Position numbers and translations under genes: made by a program
Part shown: positions 1 through 7,856 of the stretch, one piece after another
How the letters are laid out: every line of letters starts with the position of its first letter
Position numbering within the stretch: position 1 is the stretch's first letter
Assembly (NCBI GenBank): GCA_964369625.1
Contig: CAYJFC010000001.1
Span: 1 to 58,557, forward strand
DNA length: 58,557 nucleotides
Origin: an uncultured Muribaculaceae bacterium
GTDB lineage: Bacteria > Bacillota_I > Bacilli_A > RF39 > UBA660
Direction: 5' to 3'
Notes under the pieces: model-generated
Databases searched by the model: none
Told to the model about the DNA's origin: nothing
Seen by the model: only the letters and a program-made list of their open reading frames with translations

Positions 1-128
1 GGAAGAGGTACTGGTCCAGAAACTACTCCACCAGTTCTTTTAACAGTTTCAAGTATTTTACCAGCAGCTAAATCTAGCAGTCTGTGATCAAATGCTTTTA
101 AAACTATTCTTACTTTTCCTTTTGACAT
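1..128 (-). CDS. rpsJ: 30S ribosomal protein S10, N-terminal part (gene runs off the left edge)
   Basis: Not in ORF track because there is no stop in the window. Reverse complement from ATG at 126-128 reads [43 protein letters not shown]. This matches the conserved S10 N-terminus as I recall it (..IRIRLKAYDH..LD.S...IVETAKR.G..VSGPIPLP). A GGGAGG SD lies at 138-143 (complement). Confidence 0.85.
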   Translation of the reverse strand, partial: MSKGKVRIVLKAFDHRLLDLAAGKILETVKRTGGVVSGPVPL

Positions 129-312
129 TTTACATGTCCTCCCTTCGCATATATCTAGTATATACTTGCTCAACACGAATAACCCAGATAACTAAATTAT
201 TATTTAACAACTTAACCTAGTGTATCGACAACCTCGTATATCTTTGCCAGTCATACATTCATAATTCTAACATAGATTTGGCTTAAACACAAGGGATTTT
301 TTGTGTTTTTTG

Positions 313-341
313 CAAAAAAAAGATAGAATGCATTTCTATCT
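313..341 (-). terminator. Rho-independent terminator of jag
   Basis: Stem 321-327 pairs with 335-341 (agataga / tctatct) and starts at the jag stop codon. On the - strand it is followed by a T-run (A-run 314-320 on +). Confidence 0.6.
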
Positions 342-952
342 TAGTTTTCTTTAATTTTAATTACTATATGTCTATTAGGTTCTTCACCTTCGCTTATACT
401 AGTTATATCATTAAAGTTAGTAAGTGCATTATGTATAATCCTTCTTTCAAATGAATTCATATTTTCCATGCGAACTTCTATTTTAGTTTTAATAACCTCT
501 TTAGCTGTTTGTTTAGCAAGCCTTATCAATCTTGCTTCTTTTTTATCTCTGTAGTTTTCTACATCTAAATTTATTTTATAATTTATTTGTGCTTTTGTAT
601 GGATATATTGCTTAACCATTGTTTCTAAAGCTTTTATAGTTTGACCATTTTTACCTATTAATATAGGATTATTTTCAGAAAACATTTTTATTGTTGTTCT
701 TTCTTCTTTTGTTTTTACTTCAAAAGATACGTCTATATTTAAACCTTGGCATATTTCTTTTAAATATTTTTTTATTTCACTTATTATTGTTTCTTTTGTA
801 TATGCAGTGATTTTTATCAGATCCGATTTAAATAGTTTACCTTTTATAGTTTCTTTTGTATATAATACGTTTTCTTTTTCTAAATTATTTTCATTTAATA
901 ACTTTTCATATGCTTCTTCAAACGTTTTTGCTTCACTAATTATTTTTTCCAT
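341..952 (-). CDS. jag: Jag/KhpB RNA-binding protein (Jag_N, KH and R3H regions)
   Basis: 203-aa ORF. It has a C-terminal R3H-like segment (SFERRIIHNAL) and a KH-like GKNGQTIKALE motif. It sits in the conserved position downstream of yidC and overlaps it by 17 nt. Confidence 0.85.
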   Translation of the reverse strand: MEKIISEAKTFEEAYEKLLNENNLEKENVLYTKETIKGKLFKSDLIKITAYTKETIISEIKKYLKEICQGLNIDVSFEVKTKEERTTIKMFSENNPILIGKNGQTIKALETMVKQYIHTKAQINYKINLDVENYRDKKEARLIRLAKQTAKEVIKTKIEVRMENMNSFERRIIHNALTNFNDITSISEGEEPNRHIVIKIKEN

Positions 953-1985
953 TCTTCTTACCTTCTTTTTTTGTTAATCTTTCTTTGATTTTTGATGGTT
1001 TTTGAGTAGTAGCAATCATTTTTTCCTTTTTAGGTTTACGATCACCTAAATAATATTTTATTGCATACGTTTGAATTGCTATAAATGCATAAGTTACTAT
1101 CCAATAGAAATGCAGCGCTGTTGGGAAATTAATTGATGTTATCAAAATAATTACTAACATTATATTCATCATCATATTTGTTTGTTTTTTTGATGACTCA
1201 TTAATTGTAGGGGCTTGACTCATAGAATATCTAAAAGAAAAGAATGTTGATACTCCAATTAATATTAATAATATAATATAAGACCATTGTCCGTTTTGAA
1301 TTCCCACAAGTGGTGTAGTTCCTAAATTCCATCCAAATAATGATTGCTCATATATTGCAGGCGTTCTATATATTGCATCTAAGAATGCAAAAAATATTGG
1401 TAATTGTACAAATGCTAATAAACAGCCTGTTGCTGGATTAACTTTATATTTACGATAAATCATCATCATTTCTTGACTTTTCGCCATTTGAGATTCTCTA
1501 TCAGATCTATCTTTATATTTTGCTTCCAGTTTCTGCATTTCTGGCATTGCTTTTTTCATGTTTTGAGTTTGTCTTGAATTTTTTATTTGAATTGGTAATA
1601 ATAATATTCTTATTAACAAACCAACAATCATAACAGCTACACCTAAATTTCCTACTAGATTACCAATAGAAAGAATAGCCCAAGCTGTTGGTTTAACAAT
1701 TAAAAATTGCCATATCGAACTTGATTCATTCGAATTTACACTAAACTCTTCACATTCTGGAAGTTCATCTAAACTAATTTCCATTTGCTTTTCATTTTCT
1801 TTATATATTTCATAAACTTCAGAATCTTCACTTGGTTTACATAATATATCTTTTCTTAATGTTTGACCTGTTTCCTCATTAGTTAATATTTCACCGTCTT
1901 TGTTTTGCAAGTAATCATCTGCTCCACATCCAGTGGTAAATAAAATCATTATAACAGCAACTAATCCTAGTAATTTTGTTTTCAT
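936..1985 (-). CDS. yidC: Membrane protein insertase YidC/SpoIIIJ type (lipoprotein)
   Basis: 349-aa ORF with an N-terminal signal and lipobox (LFTTGC). It has multiple TM segments and a basic C-terminal tail. It lies in the conserved rnpA-yidC-jag order. Confidence 0.85.
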   Translation of the reverse strand: MKTKLLGLVAVIMILFTTGCGADDYLQNKDGEILTNEETGQTLRKDILCKPSEDSEVYEIYKENEKQMEISLDELPECEEFSVNSNESSSIWQFLIVKPTAWAILSIGNLVGNLGVAVMIVGLLIRILLLPIQIKNSRQTQNMKKAMPEMQKLEAKYKDRSDRESQMAKSQEMMMIYRKYKVNPATGCLLAFVQLPIFFAFLDAIYRTPAIYEQSLFGWNLGTTPLVGIQNGQWSYIILLILIGVSTFFSFRYSMSQAPTINESSKKQTNMMMNIMLVIILITSINFPTALHFYWIVTYAFIAIQTYAIKYYLGDRKPKKEKMIATTQKPSKIKERLTKKEGKKNGKNN

Positions 1986-2302
1986 TGTTCACCTTTCATT
2001 AAATCAATTAATTTAATTTCTTTCTCATTATATGAAAGTTTAACACCTTCACCTTTAATCATTATAATATACTTTCTATTGTTTTTAAAGATATTTTTAT
2101 TTTTATTTAATATATTTCTCAATTGTCTTTTATTTTTATTACGAAAAACTGCATTTCCTAATTTTTTAGAAACCGCTATTCCAAAAAGAGTTTCATCTGC
2201 TTTTTGATAAAAGACATGATAATATCTATTACTTATTTTTTTTCCTGTTTTAATTATTGAATCAAAATCTTGTTTACTTTTAACTATTTCCTTTTTTTTC
2301 AT
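1982..2302 (-). CDS. rnpA: Ribonuclease P protein component
   Basis: 106-aa basic ORF directly downstream of rpmH, with an RNase P protein-like motif (FGIAVSKKLGNAVFRNKNKRQLR). It overlaps the yidC start by 4 nt. Confidence 0.85.
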   Translation of the reverse strand: MKKKEIVKSKQDFDSIIKTGKKISNRYYHVFYQKADETLFGIAVSKKLGNAVFRNKNKRQLRNILNKNKNIFKNNRKYIIMIKGEGVKLSYNEKEIKLIDLMKGEQ

Positions 2303-2315
2303 AAAACCTCTTTCT

Positions 2316-2345
2316 AAAAAAAAAGCACATTAAAATTTTAATGTG
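2316..2345 (-). terminator. Hairpin plus T-run between rpmH and rnpA (intercistronic terminator/attenuator candidate)
   Basis: A 20-bp perfect palindrome cacattaaaattttaatgtg (2326-2345) covers the rpmH stop codon. On the - strand it is followed by nine T (A-run 2316-2324 on +). Confidence 0.5.
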
Positions 2346-2466
2346 TTAATGATTTACGGCCTTTTTTACGTCTTCTAGTAACAATACCTGTACCAGCTGC
2401 TTTTCTCGCAAAAAAACCATGAGTTTTTTTTGTTTTTCTTTTATTTGGTTGCCATGTTCTTTTCAT
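2338..2466 (-). CDS. rpmH: 50S ribosomal protein L34
   Basis: Absent from the ORF track because it is under 60 aa. The reverse complement reads [42 protein letters not shown], the classic L34 pattern (MKRT.QP..RKR.K.HGF..R). A GGAGAG SD lies 8 nt upstream. Confidence 0.9.
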   Translation of the reverse strand: MKRTWQPNKRKTKKTHGFFARKAAGTGIVTRRRKKGRKSLTH

Positions 2467-2498
2467 AATACTATCTCTCCTTTTTTAAATGCTACACT

Positions 2499-2528
2499 AT
2501 TATAATATTAAATATTGAAAAAAGTCAA
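2499..2528 (-). promoter_or_regulatory. Candidate sigma-A promoter of rpmH-rnpA
   Basis: On the - strand: TTGACT (2523-2528), an 18-nt spacer, then TATAAT (2499-2504). Confidence 0.5.
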
Positions 2529-2576
2529 GAAATATCTTCTATGCTACTCAATAGATTTACAAATGTTTTTTGTTTT

Positions 2577-4298
2577 TTACTTTTTAATAAGTGAACGATA
2601 TACTTCTTCTATATGTAAATTGCTACATGTATTTTCTTTATTACTTAATATGTTTATAACATGCCAACATTTAATAGCTGCTTCGTAAGTTTCTAATGTT
2701 AACATAATATTTTGTGATTTAAAGTATGTGACAATTTCTTCTATATTTTCACTTGTTATTTTAGATGAGCCGTAATAATCATTTTCTTTGTATATAGCAT
2801 TATTCTTTTTATTAAATTTTGGTAATTTTGGCAAAGAGTAATCCGCTGTAGATTGCAGCGAAATAACTCCTTGAACTCTTAAAAATTTTGTTATTATTTT
2901 TATTTCTTCATTTTCCAAATTTTCTTGCATAAATTCGAAAAATTTCTCGCTAGTTTTTAATGGAATTAATTTTAATATATTATTAACTTCAATTATTTCT
3001 TCATATAATTGTTTTGTGAATAGATTAACCACTATATTATTTTTATCTATCGCTAAAAATGCTAATATAGGCATTTTTTGAACTATTATTTTTTTTACAT
3101 GATCTATTTCCAGAATATCGCTTTCTTTATTGTAACATTCAAAATAACGAAGTATCATTTCTAGTGTTTTTTTATATGCAGTCTTATTACTAATAGTTAT
3201 CTGTAAATTTTTTACTATTTTTTCATCTATATATTCATACTTTCCTTCTAGTGTGCTACATAAATTATCTAAAACATTAACTTTATATTCAGTTATTTCT
3301 TCTATCTCAGTTATTTTTTTTATTTCTCTATTACGAATTTTATCTATAACTTCTTTAAAAGCAGCTACTCTTTTTATATTTGTTTGTTTTTTATATTCAG
3401 TATGTTTGCTTTTAGTTATTAACAATACTTGTTCTACTTTTTTAAAAAATTCAATTCCCTCTATGATACTAATATCAAAATTATCTTGATCTCCATTTAA
3501 TTTATATTTATCTATTTCTTTTTTTGTTGATAAATAAGTAATAAATAATGCATCATTAAAAGCCTTTGGAGTATCATAATTTTTGAACAATTCTAAATTA
3601 TCTTTAAAAAATTTCGAAAAATTTATTTCTGGACTATTATTAAATTTTATAACAGTTTCTATTTTTTCTATATTAAAAACTTCTTTAAAATTTTCAAAGC
3701 TATCTTTTAATTCATTACTTATTATTTTTTCTAATAAGCACTTCTCCGTTTTGTTTATTTCACTTAATACTTCATTAAACAGCTCGCTTAACTCAATACA
3801 TTCTAAATCTCTATTCCTATTTTTGCTAATAATTGTATGGATTTTTCCATTACTTTTTTTTAACAATAATTTTAATTCCGTTGCTGTTATTTTGTTTGCT
3901 GTATACATTTTTCTGCATTTAATAAGTTCTTTTTTCATTGTATACATGTTTTCATACATCTTTTTAATAAAATTAAACATTTCATTTCCAAGCATTTGAT
4001 CTATGATTATCTCTAGTTGACATAATATATTCATTTTTTCTTTATCATGTATATTTTTTTGTTCGCTAGGTATTTTATTTATATTACTTATAAGATATTT
4101 CTTAAGTTTTTCTCTTTCTACGCTATATTTATACATTTCATCTAATATATTTCCAGCTTCGCTGTAAAAACTTTCAACATTAGGATAAACAGGCAATTTA
4201 TAATTCATAAATTGCTTTAATTCTTTATACAAATTAAAATCAAAATTTTTTAACATATTATTTATAATAGCTGTTATTTCTTTTTCTTTTGTTTTCAT
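2577..4298 (-). CDS. Hypothetical protein (~573 aa), orphan gene between rpmH and dnaA
   Basis: Long uninterrupted ORF in an AT-rich genome; the track gives 2577-4313 from a TTG. I prefer the ATG at 4296-4298 because it is preceded by GGAGA. I recognise no domain or catalytic motif. The composition is K/E/I/N-rich and looks largely helical. Confidence 0.7.
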   Translation of the reverse strand: MKTKEKEITAIINNMLKNFDFNLYKELKQFMNYKLPVYPNVESFYSEAGNILDEMYKYSVEREKLKKYLISNINKIPSEQKNIHDKEKMNILCQLEIIIDQMLGNEMFNFIKKMYENMYTMKKELIKCRKMYTANKITATELKLLLKKSNGKIHTIISKNRNRDLECIELSELFNEVLSEINKTEKCLLEKIISNELKDSFENFKEVFNIEKIETVIKFNNSPEINFSKFFKDNLELFKNYDTPKAFNDALFITYLSTKKEIDKYKLNGDQDNFDISIIEGIEFFKKVEQVLLITKSKHTEYKKQTNIKRVAAFKEVIDKIRNREIKKITEIEEITEYKVNVLDNLCSTLEGKYEYIDEKIVKNLQITISNKTAYKKTLEMILRYFECYNKESDILEIDHVKKIIVQKMPILAFLAIDKNNIVVNLFTKQLYEEIIEVNNILKLIPLKTSEKFFEFMQENLENEEIKIITKFLRVQGVISLQSTADYSLPKLPKFNKKNNAIYKENDYYGSSKITSENIEEIVTYFKSQNIMLTLETYEAAIKCWHVINILSNKENTCSNLHIEEVYRSLIKK

Positions 4299-4322
4299 AT
4301 TTTCTCCATTCAATTAAAGTTA

Positions 4323-4351
4323 ATACTAACAAAACACTAATCAATTGTCAA
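4323..4351 (-). promoter_or_regulatory. Candidate sigma-A promoter of the orphan gene
   Basis: On the - strand: TTGACA (4346-4351), a 17-nt spacer, then TAGTAT (4323-4328). It lies about 25 nt upstream of the ATG at 4298. Confidence 0.5.
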
Positions 4352-4520
4352 CGAATTGGTGGAAATTATTTTTTTAACAATTTTATTAACATTTTTAATA
4401 ATTTTTTTTACTAATTTCCGTCTTGTTTTTCATTTATTAACACTATTAACATATATTAACAATTATTAAAATAACAAATATATATAAATGTTATTTTGTT
4501 TAAATCATTTTGTTAATATA

Positions 4521-4529
4521 TGTGGAAAA
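4521..4529 (-). promoter_or_regulatory. DnaA box, one mismatch (TTTTCCACA on - strand)
   Basis: tgtggaaaa on the + strand, compared with the consensus TTATCCACA. Confidence 0.55.
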
Positions 4530-4561
4530 GTACACTTTGACTTTTATTTAGGCTTTATTTA

Positions 4562-4570
4562 TGTGGATAA
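4562..4570 (-). promoter_or_regulatory. DnaA box, perfect consensus (TTATCCACA on - strand)
   Basis: tgtggataa on the + strand, about 100 nt upstream of the dnaA start. Confidence 0.8.
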
Positions 4571-4667
4571 CTTTGTTATTATAACGTTATTAAATATTTT
4601 TTACTTTATTTTTATGTGAAAATGTTTTACAATTTATTTAGATTTGTTATGCAGGGTGGGTGAGATA

Positions 4668-6014
4668 ATGAAAACTGATGAACTATTTAAAAAATTTTTA
4701 AGTGAAATTTCAAATGATCTCACTCAAAACACATATAATATTTGGTTTTCTAAATTATCTTTAGTTTCTATAGTGGAAAATATAGTAACGATAAAAGTTC
4801 CCATGAATGTTCATAAAACTATGCTAGGTGACAATTATTACTCTTTAATTGAAACAACTTTTTATTCTATAACAGGAAAAAATTATAATTTTAAATTTGT
4901 ATTAGAAGAAGAAATAGAAGATTTGTCCTCTATTGTTGATAATTCCACAGAAATAAATGAAATTGAATGGAACACTAACCTAAATAATAATTTAGTTTTT
5001 AGTAATTATGTAGTAGGGGATACTAATAGATTAGCATTTGTAGCAGCAAAAGCAGTAGCAGAGGCTCCTGGAACTATACACAATCCGTTATTCTTATACG
5101 GAAGAAGTGGTTTAGGTAAAACACATTTAATGCATGCCATTGGTAATTATATTACTGAAAACTCCAAATCCCAGGTTTTATACACAACAAGTAATGATTT
5201 CATGACTGATTTTACGGGAATAGCTAATGTTGATAAAGGCATTAATAGTATAAACTATGCTAATGAATTCAAAAATAAGTACAGAAATGTAGATGTTTTA
5301 ATGATTGATGATATTCAGTTTTTAGTTGGAGCCGAAAGAACTCAACAAGAATTTTTTCATACATTTAATGCTTTGCATCAACTTAATAAACAAATAATAA
5401 TAACATCTGATAGATCACCAGATGATTTAAAAAAAATAGAAGAACGATTAAGAAGTAGATTTAAATGGGGTTTACCAGTTGATATATATCCTCCAGATTT
5501 TAATCTTAGATGTGAAATTATAAAAGCCAAAATTAAAAACAGTAGTATAGAACACAAAATAAATAAAGACGTTATTGAGTATATTGCTAATAATTGTCCT
5601 AATGATGTTAGACACATAGAAGGAACTATTAACAGACTCATGGCTTATACCGCTATGATGATTCCAACTAAAATCACTTTGGATTTTGCAATTGAAGCTT
5701 TAAAAGATTATGTTAATAAAAATGTTTATTCTGCTAATTCTATTACTAATATTCAACAAATTGTAGCAGAATATTATAAAATAACTGTTGAAGATATGAA
5801 AAGTAAAAAAAGAAATAGTAAGGTTATAAGGCCAAGACATATTGCTATGTACTTATCACGATCAGAAACAGATGAAAATCTAGCCAAAATTGGATTAGAA
5901 TTTGGAGGGAGGGATCATTCAACAGTTATTGCAGCATGTGAAAAAATAAAAAATGACTTGAAAACAGATTTAAATCTTGATAAAGTGTTGAAAGAAATAA
6001 AAGAAAAGTTATAA
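4668..6014 (+). CDS. dnaA: Chromosomal replication initiator protein DnaA
   Basis: Walker A GRSGLGKTHL, the AAA+ region, and a C-terminal DNA-binding helix (IAMYLSR...LAKIGLEFGGRDHSTV). The start is moved from the track TTG at 4644 to the ATG at 4668, which follows a GGTGGGTGAG SD. Confidence 0.95.
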   Translation: MKTDELFKKFLSEISNDLTQNTYNIWFSKLSLVSIVENIVTIKVPMNVHKTMLGDNYYSLIETTFYSITGKNYNFKFVLEEEIEDLSSIVDNSTEINEIEWNTNLNNNLVFSNYVVGDTNRLAFVAAKAVAEAPGTIHNPLFLYGRSGLGKTHLMHAIGNYITENSKSQVLYTTSNDFMTDFTGIANVDKGINSINYANEFKNKYRNVDVLMIDDIQFLVGAERTQQEFFHTFNALHQLNKQIIITSDRSPDDLKKIEERLRSRFKWGLPVDIYPPDFNLRCEIIKAKIKNSSIEHKINKDVIEYIANNCPNDVRHIEGTINRLMAYTAMMIPTKITLDFAIEALKDYVNKNVYSANSITNIQQIVAEYYKITVEDMKSKKRNSKVIRPRHIAMYLSRSETDENLAKIGLEFGGRDHSTVIAACEKIKNDLKTDLNLDKVLKEIKEKL

Positions 6015-6067
6015 AGTGTTAATAACAATTTGGCTAAAAATAAGCAAAAATAACCTTTTTTTAGAGG

Positions 6068-6085
6068 TTATCAACATTATCAACA
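6068..6085 (+). promoter_or_regulatory. Two directly abutting DnaA boxes (TTATCAACA TTATCAACA) in the dnaA-dnaN spacer
   Basis: Each box has one mismatch to TTATCCACA. They are head-to-tail with no gap and are followed by a purely A/T stretch up to the dnaN SD. Confidence 0.6.
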
Positions 6086-6128
6086 CTATTAATATAAATA
6101 TAACAATATAAAGAAAGAAGGAAATAAA

Positions 6129-7247
6129 ATGAAATTTACAATTAAAAAAAATATAATACTTGATGCTTTAACGAATGTAACAAAAGCATTATCTCAAAAA
6201 ATAACTATACCTGTTTTAAATGGGATTAAATTTGAATTAACAAACAATAACTTAACATTATTAGCTAGTGACTCAGAATTAACTATAAAAGTAAATGTTA
6301 ATGAAAAAGAAATAGTTAATATAGAAAAAACAGGTGTATCTATTATTCAAAGCAAATATATATTAGATATTATAAGAAAAATGCCAAGTGATACAATTAA
6401 TTTTGAAGCAGACGATACAAAAGTTAAAATATATTCTGATACTAATGAATTTAATCTAAATTGCTATAATGTTAATGATTATCCTAATTTTAAACTTGAA
6501 ACAACTAAAAACAATGTTAAAATAAAATCAGTAGCTTTAAAAAACACTATTGACCAAACTTCTTATGCTATGAGTACACAAGAACATAGACCTTTGTTTA
6601 CTGGTTTAAATTTTAAAATTATAGGTAATTTACTTGAATGTGTTGCAACAGATTCATATAGATTAGCAAAAAAAGTATCTACTATTGACTCTAATTTAGA
6701 TGAAGAAGTTAATATAGTTATTCCAGGAAGAAGTATAAACGAACTAGATAAAATAATAAATGATAGTGAAGAAGAAATAGAAATCAATATATTTAAAAAC
6801 AAAATACTATTTATTTATAATAATATATATATTCAAAGTAATTTGTTAAGTGGAACATATCCAGAAACATCTCATTTTATTCCAGATGACTTTGCATATA
6901 TGATAAATCTTGATTTAAAAACTTTTTATGATGCAATAGATAGAGCAGCTTTATTAGCATCAAATAAAGAAAAAAATATAATCAAATTATCAATTAAAGA
7001 AAAATTAATGGTTATTTCATCAACAGCGTCAGAAATTGGCAAAACAGAGGAATCTATTAACATTGATAGTAACAAAATAGAAAAATTAGATATATCTATT
7101 AGTTCAAAATATATGTTAGATGCATTAAAAGTTATTAAAGATGATAACATATTATTGTTACTTAATAGTGATAGTAATCCTGTGATAATAAAAGCAGTTA
7201 ACGATGAAAGTTTTATAGAATTAATATTACCATTTAAGACATTCTAA
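6129..7247 (+). CDS. dnaN: DNA polymerase III beta sliding clamp
   Basis: 372-aa ORF immediately after dnaA with clamp-family features (ATDSYRLA, LLSGTYPE). Confidence 0.92.
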   Translation: MKFTIKKNIILDALTNVTKALSQKITIPVLNGIKFELTNNNLTLLASDSELTIKVNVNEKEIVNIEKTGVSIIQSKYILDIIRKMPSDTINFEADDTKVKIYSDTNEFNLNCYNVNDYPNFKLETTKNNVKIKSVALKNTIDQTSYAMSTQEHRPLFTGLNFKIIGNLLECVATDSYRLAKKVSTIDSNLDEEVNIVIPGRSINELDKIINDSEEEIEINIFKNKILFIYNNIYIQSNLLSGTYPETSHFIPDDFAYMINLDLKTFYDAIDRAALLASNKEKNIIKLSIKEKLMVISSTASEIGKTEESINIDSNKIEKLDISISSKYMLDALKVIKDDNILLLLNSDSNPVIIKAVNDESFIELILPFKTF

Positions 7248-7312
7248 AAAACGACAAAAAAACATGAAATTTATTGCTAAAATAAGCAGTAAATTTTTTT
7301 TATGGAGGAATT

Positions 7313-7753
7313 ATGGAAAATTTTATAATAAATAAAAACACATTAGCAATAATACCAACTTATGATGGCAGCAAAGTTATTAACATTAATAACACACAAA
7401 AAACACTACAAAAAGCAAAAATAATTGTTGATAGAAGTTGTAAACATTATGGAAGTAGCTTAGAGGGAAGAATATGTGGTACAAAATATATTTTAGGAAT
7501 AGGTTATAAATCACCAATAATTATAAGCGAAACTAAAAAAATTATATTTTTTCCAACAGAATCAATAAATAGCGATAATTGTGCATGGATAAATTTATCT
7601 GCTATTGATAAATATTCACAAAAAACAAAGAAAGAAACAAGTATTAACATGGTAAATGGAGAAAAATTGGATTTAAAAATAAGTTATGGAATATTAGATA
7701 GACAAATTTTGAGAGCTTCGAGATTAGAAAATTTATTTTTAGCTAGAAAATGA
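7313..7753 (+). CDS. ComK-family protein (short, 146 aa)
   Basis: The core IVDRSCKHYGSSLEGRICGT...SPIII....IIFFPTES.....CAWINL...ISYG aligns by eye with B. subtilis ComK as I recall it (IVDRSCRFFGSSYAGRKAGT..PPIMV...IFLFPTLS....CGWIS...ISYN). A GGAGG SD is present. Confidence 0.7.
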   Translation: MENFIINKNTLAIIPTYDGSKVININNTQKTLQKAKIIVDRSCKHYGSSLEGRICGTKYILGIGYKSPIIISETKKIIFFPTESINSDNCAWINLSAIDKYSQKTKKETSINMVNGEKLDLKISYGILDRQILRASRLENLFLARK

Positions 7754-7782
7754 TGATTTTTCTTTTTTATATATCTATAATA

Positions 7783-7791
7783 TGATATAAT
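7783..7791 (+). promoter_or_regulatory. Extended -10 element (TGATATAAT) upstream of recF
   Basis: TGnTATAAT lies about 65 nt upstream of the recF ATG. There is no clear -35. Confidence 0.4.
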
Positions 7792-7856
7792 TATAATGTA
7801 TATGGGAATACGAGAATAAAGTTAAATGTTCTTAGAATGCAAATACGAGGTCAATT

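Noticed and set aside
285-312. The hairpin aaacacaa-gggatttt-ttgtgttt plus T residues as a + strand terminator.
   Set aside because: No + strand gene lies upstream of it. It is more likely part of a bidirectional terminator region or the rpsJ leader, so its function is left open.
3253-3999. + strand ORFs 3253-3489 and 3583-3999, antisense to the orphan gene. Similar antisense ORFs in the track include 5378-5641, 6563-7150, 9963-10394, 12581-13138, 14288-14665, 40663-41541, 43322-43596, 50107-50289, 52570-52893 and 53038-53301.
   Set aside because: All lie entirely inside well-supported genes on the opposite strand. They have L/S/F/I-rich low-complexity translations typical of the reverse frame of K/E/N-rich AT-rich genes, and they lack SD sequences.
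4644-4667. The TTG-initiated 8-codon extension of dnaA in the ORF track.
   Set aside because: The ATG at 4668 follows a strong SD, and the DnaA N-terminus (MKTDELFKKFL) begins there.
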